DNA of 61,507 bases, counting the filler, from Hausera hauseri (Eukaryota): NCBI GenBank assembly GCA_046269625.1. It is 12 parts of 12 records of this genome, joined end to end, with 100 filler letters (N's around TTAATTAATTAA, not from the genome) between each part and the next. Parts side by side here need not be neighbours in the genome. Positions count along the whole stretch, not along the records: positions 1 to 11,808 come from JBJURY010069994.1; 11 more parts are not named here. One strand, written 5' to 3'. How positions within the stretch are numbered: the first letter of the stretch is position 1; each line of letters starts with the position of its first letter. Shown piece after piece: positions 1 to 11,908 of this stretch. The position numbers and the translations under genes were made by a program. A model generated the notes under the pieces. The model did no database searches and was not told the origin of the DNA. It saw only the letters and a list, made by a program, of their open reading frames with translations.

Positions 1-106
1 TCGGTTGGTGACATTTTAATTTCTTACAATTTTTTTTATCTGGCGCCAGGCATTTTCAATAGGGTTGATATCGGGAGACTGTGTCGGCCAATGATTAAAG
101 AATGAG

Positions 107-162
107 ATGAAATCAGCATTTATTGGTTACTATGCATAGTAACCAATAAATGCCGATTTCAT
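107..162. repeat. 56-bp near-perfect palindrome
   Basis: atgaaatcagcatttattggttac-tatgcata-gtaaccaataaatgccgatttcat; one mismatch between arms. Confidence 0.9.
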
Positions 163-344
163 GATATTAAATGATTTTTTCTCATGATTTGAAAAGTGAG
201 TGTTTCTGTTAGTGATAACAAAATTTATATATTATATTTTTTGCTGTTACATAGATAATTACATTGTTATGGGTAAAGCAAAATAAATTTCTTCCGAATC
301 AAGAAGAGCAATTCTAGCACTACATAAATGCAACAAAAGTTTTC

Positions 345-1402
345 GTGAAATTTGAGCAATGGGGTATGGTTCAAGTTCGGCGGTTGGAGCAATTATCAAA
401 AGATTTAAATGTTGGTAACGTTGATATAAAGAAAAGATTTGGACGGCCTAAAATTTCTATAGTTTGTAAAAAGAGGATGTTGTTGAGAATAACCAAAGGA
501 CATCCATTTTATGGATATTTTGAATTGAGGACCAGATGGTTAAATGTATGTGGTGTTAATGCATCTACTTGAACTATTCGTAATCTGCTTGTGAAAAATG
601 GACTTCGTGCTCCACCGACCAGCACTTAAACCAATGCTGACCCTTAATCATTGTAGAAAACGTATTAAATTTGCCAAACATTATCTTCATTGGTCCATTG
701 AAGAATGAAAAACCGTAATAATTAGTCACGAATCGTGTTTTTCAATAAGCTCAGCTGGTGGTTGTCAGTTTGTAAGAAGGGAGTCTGGGAAGCGTTATGA
801 TCCGGTTAGTACTTTGCCAACAGTGAAGCAACTTACCTCAGTTACCGTATGGGGATGCATGAGTTAATTTGGTACCGGGCGTTTGCATGTTCTTGAACCA
901 GGTAAAAGAATGAACCCAGTATGGTATCAAAAAGTTCGTAACGACAGGATGCTTCCAGGAGCATATGAATGGTGCATGGATGGTAATTTCAAATTCCAAA
1001 ATGAAAATGCTCCATGCCATCGAGCAAATGTCATCAAGCACTGGTTCCACAAAAACAGTGTCTTCTTTTTAATGATTGGTCAACACAGTCTCCCGATAAA
1101 AACCCTACTGAAAATGCCTGGTGCCAGTTAAAAAAGATTGTAAGAAATGAGAATGTACCCAACTGATCGACCCTGACTGCTTCAATAATCAAAGGATAGT
1201 TCCGCTTAATCAATGAAAATTATTTACGCTATCTTGTTGAATCTATGCCAGAGACTTAAAATGATTATTAAAAATAAATGATGTGCTACTAAGTACTGAT
1301 TAAATTATTAATATTGCTGTTTTTTATTAATTGCATGTTTTCAAAATTTGCGAATAATAAATAATTTTACTTGGTGTCCTTAAACTTTTTCCCAAGGCTG
1401 TA
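345..1402 (+). mobile_element. Tc1-family DNA transposon remnant (frameshifted transposase plus right TIR)
   Basis: Motifs across frames: GRPKIS; KPMLTLNHCRKRIKFAKHYLHWSIEE; FQNENAPCHRA (QDNAPCH-like); WPTQSPDKNPTENAW (SPDLNPIE-like). Ends ...GGTGTCCTTAAACTTTTTCCCAAGGCTG|TA, a typical Tc1 terminus with TA target. Left TIR not seen in window. Confidence 0.85.
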
Positions 1403-1663
1403 TATTTTGATAGAAATCATATTGATCATAATCACATATTGCTAGGAGTATGTCACACAAGTTACCATTTACCTATAAACTTGTTGTTTAAATATTCATG
1501 GAACAAGAATATAAGCTTATACAAACCTTCATACATTCATTCGCAAACTTTGAAAATATTTTGATTTGTTATTTGTGTAAATATTTTTTTCATAAATCTT
1601 CGGACTTCAATAGTTTTTGCTAAACGAATAAAACTTTCTTTTTATACAAATCAAATCAATTCA

Positions 1664-4600
1664 ATGATTAATTATGATCGTTTGCCATTTGAAACCAACC
1701 AACAATTGTTTCGTCAGATTTACGATCGGCAAATTCACCGGTCACGTGGAAATTCATCTTTAATGAGTAAATTGATGATTTTTTTATATCGGCTGTCATT
1801 ATTTTTTTCAGACAATTTCGTACCCGGTTTTTTATTTGAGACATACGAATGTATGAAGTCGGATAAACATTTAATTCTGTCGGATGATTTGAAGGAAACT
1901 CCTTGTTACCAGAGTAGGTTTTGTCAAGGTAGTTTGGTATTCATACATATGTTAACTGTTATATATTAGTTAGCGGATATGAGGAATTTTGTTTGATTGC
2001 CAAAGAAACTGGGGATTTGTTTATTCTGAATACTAATAAATCGGAAAATGCCATCGGAAATAGTGAGATTGTTTTTAGGACACTGAATGTTTGTTTTTGT
2101 AGAATACAATGCACACAGAAATTGTATTTTTGACATCCATTGGATCGGAAATAATTTGGCCATATCGTCATCGGGAGACTCTACAATCAAATACCACGAC
2201 TTGAACAAACCGGCCGTTATCAAAACACTATACGGTCATCAAGGGTCCGTTAAATGTCTGGCAATGCGACCCAATCACATTAACAGTAATATTTTCTTGT
2301 CCACTTTTTGACACCATCAACTCAACAGACCAATTTGCATCCTGCTCCAGAGACGGATCTATTATGTTGTGGGATATTCGAACTGATGAAAGTCTACAAA
2401 CGGGAATCGAGTTGGCTCATCTGCCCGATGGGACGGTATCAACACCAAATCGACGGAAAAATCTTGACGTAATGTTTTCGTTTGTTGTGACCAATGAAGA
2501 TGTTTTAAGACGAATTAACAATGGCAGGTTGTAGTGGCGACCACAACGAAGACATTGACATCGGTGATTTATGCAAACGAGAATGTTTTAGTTAGCAGTG
2601 GATCGACGGATGGGTAATTATTTTGGTTTTGATTTCATTGGATGTAAGAATAGTTGACGCTTTAATTTGTTTTTTTTTAATTCACAATTTATGCACTTAT
2701 TCTATTTTCCCAAATGGAAAAAGATCCAATGAAATAAATTTAACGCAATTGGAGATTTTCCAGTATTTCAGCACTTGTTCAATTCTCCCCCGCATCTCTG
2801 ATACGTTTAGGAATTTCGAACTTTGACAAAATAGTTGCTCGTTTTTATGAGTTAATGCAGATAATATCAAAATGGATAAACGAAAATTTTGTGAAAATTG
2901 AAAATACCAAACGTTCTGGGTAAGGTGTGTGTGTGTGGCAGGGGGGGGGGTAATTGAATAAGTGCATAAATGTTGGAAATTTAAAATTTCATATTATTAA
3001 TGAGCATTATGGTTTGTTAACGAAGCCAAAAATGACTGCATTTCGGCACTTGTTCAATTCTCCCCCTTTTGAAGAAATTCTCATTCCTTTTGGATCTAGG
3101 ACCAAAAATTTGTCAAAGATGTGGCGAATTGAACAAGTGCCGAACATTCCCATGGGGAACACACAAATGCACCATGGACATGTCACGGAAAATTGAACGA
3201 ATGATGAATTGCAGAAAAAAAAACTATGGGATGTCCGTCGAATCCGTAAAGACAAAACGACACCAGTATTTCGGCACTTGTTCAATTATCCCCCGCACCC
3301 CTGATACGTTTAGGAATTTCGAACTTTGACAAAATAGTTGTTCGTTTTTATGAGTTAATGCAGATAATATCAAAATGGAGAAACGAAAACTTTGTGAAAA
3401 TTGAAAATAACAAACGTTCTGTGTAAGGTATGTGTGTGTGTGGCGGGGGGGGGTAATTGAATGTGCAAAAATATGGGAAATTTAAAAATTCATATTATTA
3501 ATGATTATTATGGTTTGTTAACGAAGCCAAAAATGACTGCATTTCGGCACTTGTTCAATTCTCCCCCTTTAAAGAAATTGTCAAAGATGGGGCGAATTGA
3601 ACAAGTGCCGAACATTCACATGGGGAACACACAAATGCACCATGCACATGTCACGGAAAATTGAACGAATGATGAATTGCAGCAAAATAAAACCATGGGA
3701 TGTCCGTCGAATCCGTAAAGACAAAACGACACCGATCGGTGTCATTCAGTATCCAGGACAGAGCAAAGTTTACAAAGGTTTCACGGATTTGATCGTCAAC
3801 AAATCGGGTACGAAACTATTTGCAAGTTGCATGGACAATTTCATATACGAATTTGCTATTTGCCGATCTGATTACCAGCATCCCAGTAAGCCGCTGCCAT
3901 TTCCCATCCAAATGAATTTTATCCGGGCCCATTTCAGCCGTCTGTTACACCGAACATGAAACTCGATCGTACTACATCAAAATGGATCTGAGTTCCGATG
4001 AAAACTATCTGGCAATCGGTAGCTCATCAAAATCGGCGTACATTTACGAAATTGGCCGAGTTCCCCAACGGCCAGTTCTGTTGAACGGACACGATGCCGA
4101 AGTGACTGTATGCCGATGGAAACCGAACGATCCGACAGTAATGCTGACAATTTCCGATGATTGTTCACTGATGGTTCATCGGATGCGTCCGGGATCGGAA
4201 TACAACGTTTTCTATCGACATCTCGTTCAGAAAGCCCAGAGAAAATCGTACTCACATACTGATGGTTGTTATTGGCATTTGTAAATGGAACTATTAGAAG
4301 AATTGTTATTTCCAGTACCAATTGCCATTTCATCCCGTTCTGTACGACAATCTGTCTCTGATCATAATCAATTGAAAAAAGACAACTCCATCAATTCCCA
4401 TTCCTCCAATCCACTTGTTGCCCTCACAACTCCACCATTCAGACCAATACACAGTCACCAACATTCCCCAATAGTCCCTTCCACGCCACCAAGACCAGTC
4501 CTGCAGACCAGACAACCACTCGCCAATCGGAATTCCCCACTTCAGTTGCAACAGAAAACCAATCGGCCAAAATCCATCAAACGATCCAAACCGATCGATG

Positions 4601-4704
4601 ACGTACCAGTTCTGCAACAAACGGAAAACGAAAAGGAAAATATCAAAAGGCGCAAGACAATTAATCAATCACTAATAACGAAATATTTTTCGTCGAATTT
4701 GTAG
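1664..4704 (+). CDS. DTL: Denticleless/Cdt2 WD40 substrate receptor of CRL4 E3 ligase; 9 exons, ~552 aa
   Basis: Manual GT-AG model: 1664-1766, 1812-1928, 1970-2062, 2103-2285, 2329-2468, 2528-2613, 3683-3885, 3938-4264, 4298-4704 (frame consistent). Cdt2-type blocks: AHRNCIFDIHW, GHQGSVKC, SRDGSIMLWDIR, LVSSGSTDG, KGFTDLIVNKSGTKLFASCMDNFIYEF, YYIKMDLSSDENYLAIGSS, LNGHDAEVTVCRW, TISDD. C-terminal KRRK and PIP box QSLITKYF; AATAAA at ~4797. Confidence 0.9.
2760..3733. repeat. Tandem duplication (~503 + ~471 bp) of a foldback/MITE-like repeat in DTL intron 6
   Basis: Units start CCAGTATTTC at 2760 and 3263. Each contains TTCGGCACTTGTTCAATT and its reverse complement AATTGAACAAGTGCCGAA. Confidence 0.9.
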
Positions 4705-6296
4705 CATTTTGTGATGTGAAAAAATTTCTATTTTGTGGTCATTTTTGTATATATTCTGATTCTCCTCAGATTAAGTTTAATGAATTGAAAGATGGCAATA
4801 AATAAATAACTATTCCAGATTTTAGCTCCGTAAATATCACAGACTCACATTGGCAGCGAATGTTGGAAAATAAGTTGTAAAATATGTCTTAAACCTGTAG
4901 ACTGACGTTGTAAAAATAATTTTTGACAATCGGTTCCTTCCTCCTTGCAACTGTTTTCTTACGACAATCACTCCAAAACCGTGACAAACCAAATTAACTG
5001 AAAATTGAAAGGAGGTAATTAGCTTAATCAACACACTGTTTAACCAAACACCCATATCCCAATGTTGCGTATTGGGTTCTGTGACATAGTGGTATTACTG
5101 AGATTTATTACTGAATATACATAGAATAATTTCAGAAATGCAAAGCTTGTTTAATTTCATTGGCTGACATAACTGAAAGAATAATGTAAACCAATAGTAA
5201 AACAAATATGTTAAATTCATATATGTAGTGAATTTTGACTCACCCGTCCAATTTCTGATTGATTGAATTTTACCACCATGTTTTGATCTTATCATGCTTA
5301 AATGTGTTCTATACAGGAAATGCGCTCCCGTTCAGTTAACATGTGACATGTACAGCTGTATATCTCTTAGAGCACATTGAAAAAGTCGATAGACAATTTT
5401 TTGATTCAAACGTTAACAGATAGACGTTATGAAACGGTTGTAAAAACACCCATCCGATGTAACAGTGGTCATAAAATAAAAGGGCTAAACTATCTGGTAT
5501 TTTTCGACTTTGAAGATGAACCTTTAAATAGCATTAATTTGAGTGAAATGTTTTCACGCTCAGACAATCAGTTTTTCATAATTAATTGCGATGCTTTATT
5601 TTCATGCTACCGCATAGCTCAGCGTTTTTGTCACAAAGTTATGTGAATTTTTACCTTCTGTAATTGCAAAAATACACCAAATAATCTGCAAATGTTTTGT
5701 GAGTCATTTTCATACTTTCTTTTTTGTCTTATTAAACCAGCTACGCAAATTGACAAGATTCTTTTTGTTAGCTGTATGATACAATTGGTTTGGAAAAGTC
5801 CTATTGATCTTTAGGCTGCTACAAACAATAGTGAAAAGATGCTGTGTCCGTCGGGTCATATGATTCGCTGGATTTCTATTCAACGATTCCACGATTATGA
5901 TTTCAATAAACTATTGGATGCACGAATTTTACGAATGACAGTTCATCAGAATTTTCAAAAACAGGCATATATTCGAATAACGTTAACATTAATAGTTGAA
6001 TTTTTCGAAAACAGTAAATCGGAATTAAATATTGGTACCAAAAATGAAGGCAAAACACCTGACAAAACAGTTAAAGGAGATGAATTTTTGAATAATCTAT
6101 CTGATGGCATAAACATTTTCAAAGTTCCAATTTTACTTCCATTATATAGCTACGGTCTCCAAAGTCAAAACTCCCAGAATATTTTCAATACGTTATTTTT
6201 GAGTATTCTTTCAACCACATGTTATTTTTTGAGTCGTTTTTCAGACAATGTTCATTTATACAAGAGTTCATTCAAGTATAATAGGAAGTCCAAGGT

Positions 6297-9200
6297 TGTG
6301 GGGCCCGAGTGTCGCCTCGATGGAAGTCTTGGTGCACTCGCGCACGTTACGGCGCACTGTACCCCAAGCCTACAGACCAATTCCTTTACTATTTTCATAT
6401 TTTTTAAAATAGACATATTCATACACACATCGGCAATCACAAAACATAAGGGCAACATATATACACCTCAATCCGCAATGACGTTCATTTTTCTGGTTTC
6501 TCTATATTTCTAAATGGACTCATTATTTGCCCCGATGATCTGCTATGCTCTTTTCAACCACATTCTTCATTTCTCTCGGTCCATCTAATTCCTAAACTTC
6601 GTGGTGGCTCTGACCCCAACTCGGAGGAGATAAAAAATTCCCAAACATAACTTTCGTTTCTCCAACTCCATCTTCTTTCTCACATTTTCAATGTGTAGAC
6701 TTTTTCTTCGATAGTCACAACTCTTGCAGAACATGGTTAGACATCCACGCTATGTGGCTAGCCTCACATAAAATCACTGATTCGTTTCAAAATGCCAACT
6801 GTCTACTTCTTCATCTGCCACCCAATATCAAATCCGGCATAACTAATCTTTCTGACATTTCTAATCATGCGGGTCCATACAAATCACTACTTGACTCCGT
6901 AACTACATCAACCGAACCTTCATTAGACTCAATAATTCAAAAATACTTCAACGAAAACGCTATTGGCCAGCAAAAACCCTCAGAATTTCTTCGCATCTCA
7001 CTTTCACAACTAAACTCACTAGGAGTAAACCAACAAAATAACGCGGATCTTCTTCGACGTTGTTTCTTATCATCTTTGCCAATCCAAATCCGTGCACTCC
7101 TTACTGTTGTAAAGGATACTACGCCACTCGACAAACTGGCGAAACTTGCGGACAAAAGTTACAAAATTTTTCATAACAAAACGCACATAAACCGATATCA
7201 ACTCTGCAAACAACGCAATCACCAACAATAGTTGTACATCTACAATCGGCAAAATCATAAAACAATGAGAACAGTATAATCTGTCAAATTCAAAATCTGC
7301 AAGCCGAAAACGTGGCCCTCCATCAAGCCATATCGGCCATCTCGAGCAAAATTGACGCTTTGGTTCTACCGCGTCGTGGTCGTTTTAGAGCGAATCGAAG
7401 CAGACATTCGTCTGCAAATTCTAGGCACGCCCAGTCACCTTCGCGTCAAATGGTGTGCCATTATCACACCAAATTCAATCGAAATGCCAAAAAATGCTGT
7501 ATAAGCTACAAGTTCTATACGCAACGTTTACAGTCAAACGATGCGGTCTGCATTTATTACAATAAGTTTAAAGACAATGCAGAACGCTGCTTATCTGGGT
7601 GCAAATTTTACACTCAGAAAACGCCAACATCTTCATCTATTCAAAAAAAACACCTAAAGCCGCCAGAAACCATGGCAAATTCTGGCAAAGGCCATTTTTT
7701 TCGTTTTAACTGCCGTACTTCTACCAATAGCATTTCCTTATTGGATGTTGCACTCACATCTTTTCCTCATCATACCAAATTCATGATCGACTCCGGTGCA
7801 GCTATTTCATTACTACCTTCATCTTTCACATCACTAAAAATGCTCCCTACGTCTACTAAACTTTTTACCGCAAATGGGCAAGCATTACGTATTTTTGGTG
7901 CCGCAGAATTGTCTTTCACCATGCCACATTTTTCTGATATCTTTTAATGGAAATTCACTGTTGCAGATATTAAAACACCAATTTTAGGGTCTGATTTTTT
8001 ATCGCACTACAACTTACTAGTTGACTGCAGGCAGCACCGTGTGGTTAAAAGTACAATCAATCACACAAAAATCACAAAATTTTGCACCACTTGTCGCACA
8101 GTTGTCTGTAGTTCCGAAATTTGTATTAAAGAAATCTTTTATCAAATTAGATAAATTAAATGTTGATAACCCCGATTGTGACGCCTCCATTCATACAGTA
8201 ACAACACATACAATTGCCAACACCGACACAACCTCTTACCTTACCTCCCCATTAATGCAACTAGATACAGTTCTTCGTGACTACATCACAATTTATTGTC
8301 CTAGAACATTGAAGAAAAACCCAAATTTCAAGCCTGTTTCTACGACGTACCATCACATCGTCACGGAACACCAAAGACCAATTAAGCAGAAGATTAGGCC
8401 ACTTTCTCCACGCAGACGCAAAGCTGTGGAATTGGAGTTCAATGAATTATAAAAAGCAGGAATTATAAGACGATCAAAGTCACCTTGGGCCTCACCTTAA
8501 CACGTAGTACCCAAGAAGGACGGTACCTTCGGGCGTTGTGGCGATTATCGCCAGTTGAACACCATTACGGTAATGGACGCATATCCACTACCGCTCATCA
8601 GCGATATCCTACACAGACTCAATGGCAACATCATATTTTTATCCATCGATCTTCATAAAGCCTACCATCAGATTCCTGTCTCACCTGCTGACATACTGAA
8701 AACAGCTGTGACAACACTTTTCGGTCTTTTTGAGTATGTTTTCATGCCGTTTGGTCTATGTAGTGCCTCTCAAACATTTCAAAGGCACATAGACACAATT
8801 CTCGCTGGTCTAAACTTTGCATTTCCTTACATAGATGACATTCTCATAGCTTCGTCATCTCCTAAACAACATTCTGAGCACTCACGCATAGTTATTCAAA
8901 GCCTCCACAAAAATAATTTAGAAGTAAATTTCGCCAAGTGCTCTTCTAACACAAGATCCATTTCCTTGGTCATGTCATCACCAAATTTGGCCACTCTCCC
9001 CAGCAAGACCACATAATTCAGCTTAAGAACACCCAATTGCCACGAACAACAACTGAAATGCCCTTTTTTCTTGGCACACTCCACTTTGTTCACAAATATG
9101 TGCCACAGTGCTCTGATTTAACCGCACCTTTTGCCTTTTTATCGTCTGAAAAGAAGAAACAACTAACTCATTGGACTCCCGAACTTGTCAACCAGTTTTA

Positions 9201-11415
9201 CCAGTTACGCGAAGGTTTAAAAAATGTTGAAATTCTAGCGCACCCCAAGCCTGACGCATAGCTAATATTAACCTCAGATGCCTCTACCACAGCAGTCGGC
9301 GCAATACTGCATCAAATTTCTAATGGTGTCAACAATCCTCTGGAATTTTATTCTCGGAAACTTACATCACCAGAAAGTCGTTATTTAACTTTCGACAGAG
9401 AGCTCTTTGCTATAGTATTAGCTTTAAAACACTTCTTTCGTTTGTTAATTGCCAGGTCCTTTACGATCCAAAGTGACCACAAACCTCTTAATCACATCAT
9501 GGATATGAAAACTTCTTCATCTCGACAAGAACGTCACATATCGTACTCCTCGACATTCAATTTTAAAATGGTACATATTTCAGGCACTGACAAATTTGGT
9601 TACCGATTTTTTGTCCAGATCAGTTAATATCATTGGAGTCACTTCCATTTTCTCACAAGCAGTGCTTCAGAAAAATGTACCAACACAGGAAATTCTTAAG
9701 TCTTTTAAATGGCACCATATTGTCGATGGAATAGCCTATGACACTTCTAAACCCTGTAATCACAAGCCAATTTTGTCTTCATCTTTGCAGAAAACTTCAT
9801 TTCGTAACGTACATTCTATTCATCATCCGGGTGCCAAAGCAACTTTTCGTCTTCTGCAACGTAGTGTTATATGGCCGTGGATGAGATTAGATGTACAGGC
9901 GTGGTTTAAAAAATTCAACACTCACAAGCATCTGAAGCCACCATTATATCACTTCCCCTGTACGTCGCGTTTTGAATCCGTTTATATAGACCTTGTCGGC
10001 CCTCTTCGTCCAGACAACGGTCATCAATTCATACTCACCATGATGGACCGTTTTTTTCGATTGCCAGAAGCCGTTCCATTACGTTCCACCAACACAGACA
10101 CCATAGCTGAGGTCTTCATCAAAACGTGGATCAGCAGATTTGGCTTCCCTTGTTTCATAATCACGGACCAAGGTGCACAATTCGAGTGAAATCTCTTTAA
10201 ATCCTTAGTCAATCGCTTGGGGATTAAACATATACACACCTCTCCATATCATTCCCAAGCGGACAATTTAGTAGAAAGATTCCACCGCACAATGAAAACC
10301 TCACTTAAAATCCTAACTAAATCACACAGCAACTGGACAGCTCTTCTACCTATTGTCTTGCTTGGCTGGCGAAACACACCTTCCACCACCACGGGTTGTG
10401 CACCAGCTGAAGTATTGTTTGGAGTACCGATTCGAGCACTTCTTGAGTTAACTGATCTGGGCGATACATCAACAGACGAACTGATTCGAAATGCCCAAGA
10501 TCACTTCGTTACACTACACAAAGACTCATTTTGTAAAATAGTAAATTGTAACAAATCAAATATACCGAATGATTTGTATACTGCCAAGTTTGTATGGCTT
10601 CGAAATCCTTCACCTGGTAATTTTCAACCAAAGTACGTTGGACCTTTCAAACTCCTTTCTTTATAGTCAAATACAGCTACAATTCTTAAAAGCGGTAAAG
10701 AACAAACGGTACACATCACCAATCTAAAACCTGCCTTTTTCGTGGATGACTCTCCTCATGATACACAAACCAACCCTAATTCAACCTGGCACTTTTCTCA
10801 ATTCTTTTGTTTCTACTCCGTTCCTTGCTAAATCAACAAATCATCAACCACCACCTGGTCCAATTCCCACTTTTCTATCTAATCTTTCTACCCTACTTTC
10901 AATTCTTTACCTGTTACTTTTCACTTCTCATCTTCTACAGCTAACGTCCCATCCAATACTTCACATTCAACACTTTCTGCTTCTCTCGTCTCAATTCCTA
11001 CTCATCTTTTCTCATCTTCCAACTCTACTTCACATTCTCCAATTTCTACTCCGCACTCTTCATTTTCCATTTCTCATTATTATCTTCGTCCTCCTTTTCT
11101 TCTTCAATTAATCGTTCCTCACAAATCTCACTTCCCTCAAAAAAACAATATCAAACAATCAACCCAAAAATACGACAAAGCTCTTACCACTACGTACATC
11201 TCCGCAAATGAACACACCACATGAAAACAGAACACGCAGAGTTATTTTCAGTAAGCACAGTAGGGAGCAATATATCGACAAAGTACAACGCCTCTCACAC
11301 ACAAAAATCGAGTAGAACACAAATCCATTTCCTTTTTGCGATTTTCTTTTCAAATTCTCACTCTCTATTAGTGCCATTTTTTGCTACGGAGGAGGGGGGG
11401 GGGTAGTGTGGTGCC
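6297..11415 (+). mobile_element. Ty3/Gypsy retrotransposon, CsRn1/Kabuki-like, near full-length internal region, degenerate (copy A)
   Basis: Gag (QKPSEFLR, FLSSLPIQIRALL, CHCC-type knuckles); protease FMIDSGAAIS; RT SPWASP, DAYPLP, PYIDDILIAS; RNase H DAS, FDREL, SDHKPL; integrase HHPG, IDLVGPL, ITDQGAQFE, VERFHRTMK, YVGPF; G-rich PPT 11388-11403. Many stops and frameshifts. Confidence 0.92.
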
Positions 11416-11808
11416 GCGTTTGCGGGCGCCGCCACCACTGACGACAAGCGTTTGGCGACTGAGGGCCTTTTGCACAGATGTTCCACTCGTCCTGATTTTA
11501 GCCCGACGACTCTCATCCGGACGGCAGTCGTCCAAGAATTGAACCGAAGTCAGAAAGACTTTACAATCTCATTGGAGATCGGTTTTTCAGGGTGATCAAA
11601 AGAGCGAAATATTCCTGAGTCAGTAAGAAATACATAAATAATGATTATGAAAGTGAATGCGTCACAATTTTCACGTTAAGAAACTAGAAATAGCTATAAA
11701 AAGAATTACCCAATAAAGAACAAGAAAAGTCAATTAAAACCGAAAAGAATCAAGGACATGTCAGTCATGATTCCAATTTCTGAATGATACCAAATCGAAC
11801 AGTAAAAA

Positions 11809-11908
11809 NNNNNNNNNNNNNNNNNNNNNNNNNNNNNNNNNNNNNNNNNNNNTTAATTAATTAANNNNNNNNNNNNNNNNNNNNNNNNNNNNNNNNNNNN
11901 NNNNNNNN
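11809..11908. other. Artificial contig spacer N44-TTAATTAATTAA-N44 (also 16210-16309, 20372-20471, 24736-24835, 29267-29366, 33554-33653, 37968-38067, 43376-43475, 48440-48539, 52727-52826, 57437-57536)
   Basis: Identical 100-bp structure recurs 11 times; the 12-mer places stops in all six frames. Confidence 0.99.

Noticed and set aside
2954-3664. Repeated ORFs (MNKCR..., HIINEHYGLLTKPK...) as genes or a CRISPR-like array
   Set aside because: Chance frames in the duplicated intronic foldback repeat; no unique spacers, and the context is eukaryotic
5377-6290. ORFs 5377-5646 and 5839-6513 as a gene
   Set aside because: No recognisable motif; the longer ORF runs through the retroelement boundary
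10746-11111. Leu/His/Phe-rich ORF as an env-like membrane protein (also 36831-37604, 21632-21880)
   Set aside because: Alternative-frame translation of the pyrimidine-rich integrase tail; not conserved among copies
11809-11908. Recurrent TTAATTAATTAA flanked by Ns as a biological repeat or array
   Set aside because: Fixed 44+12+44 design with six-frame stops is an assembly linker; adjacency across spacers carries no biological meaning
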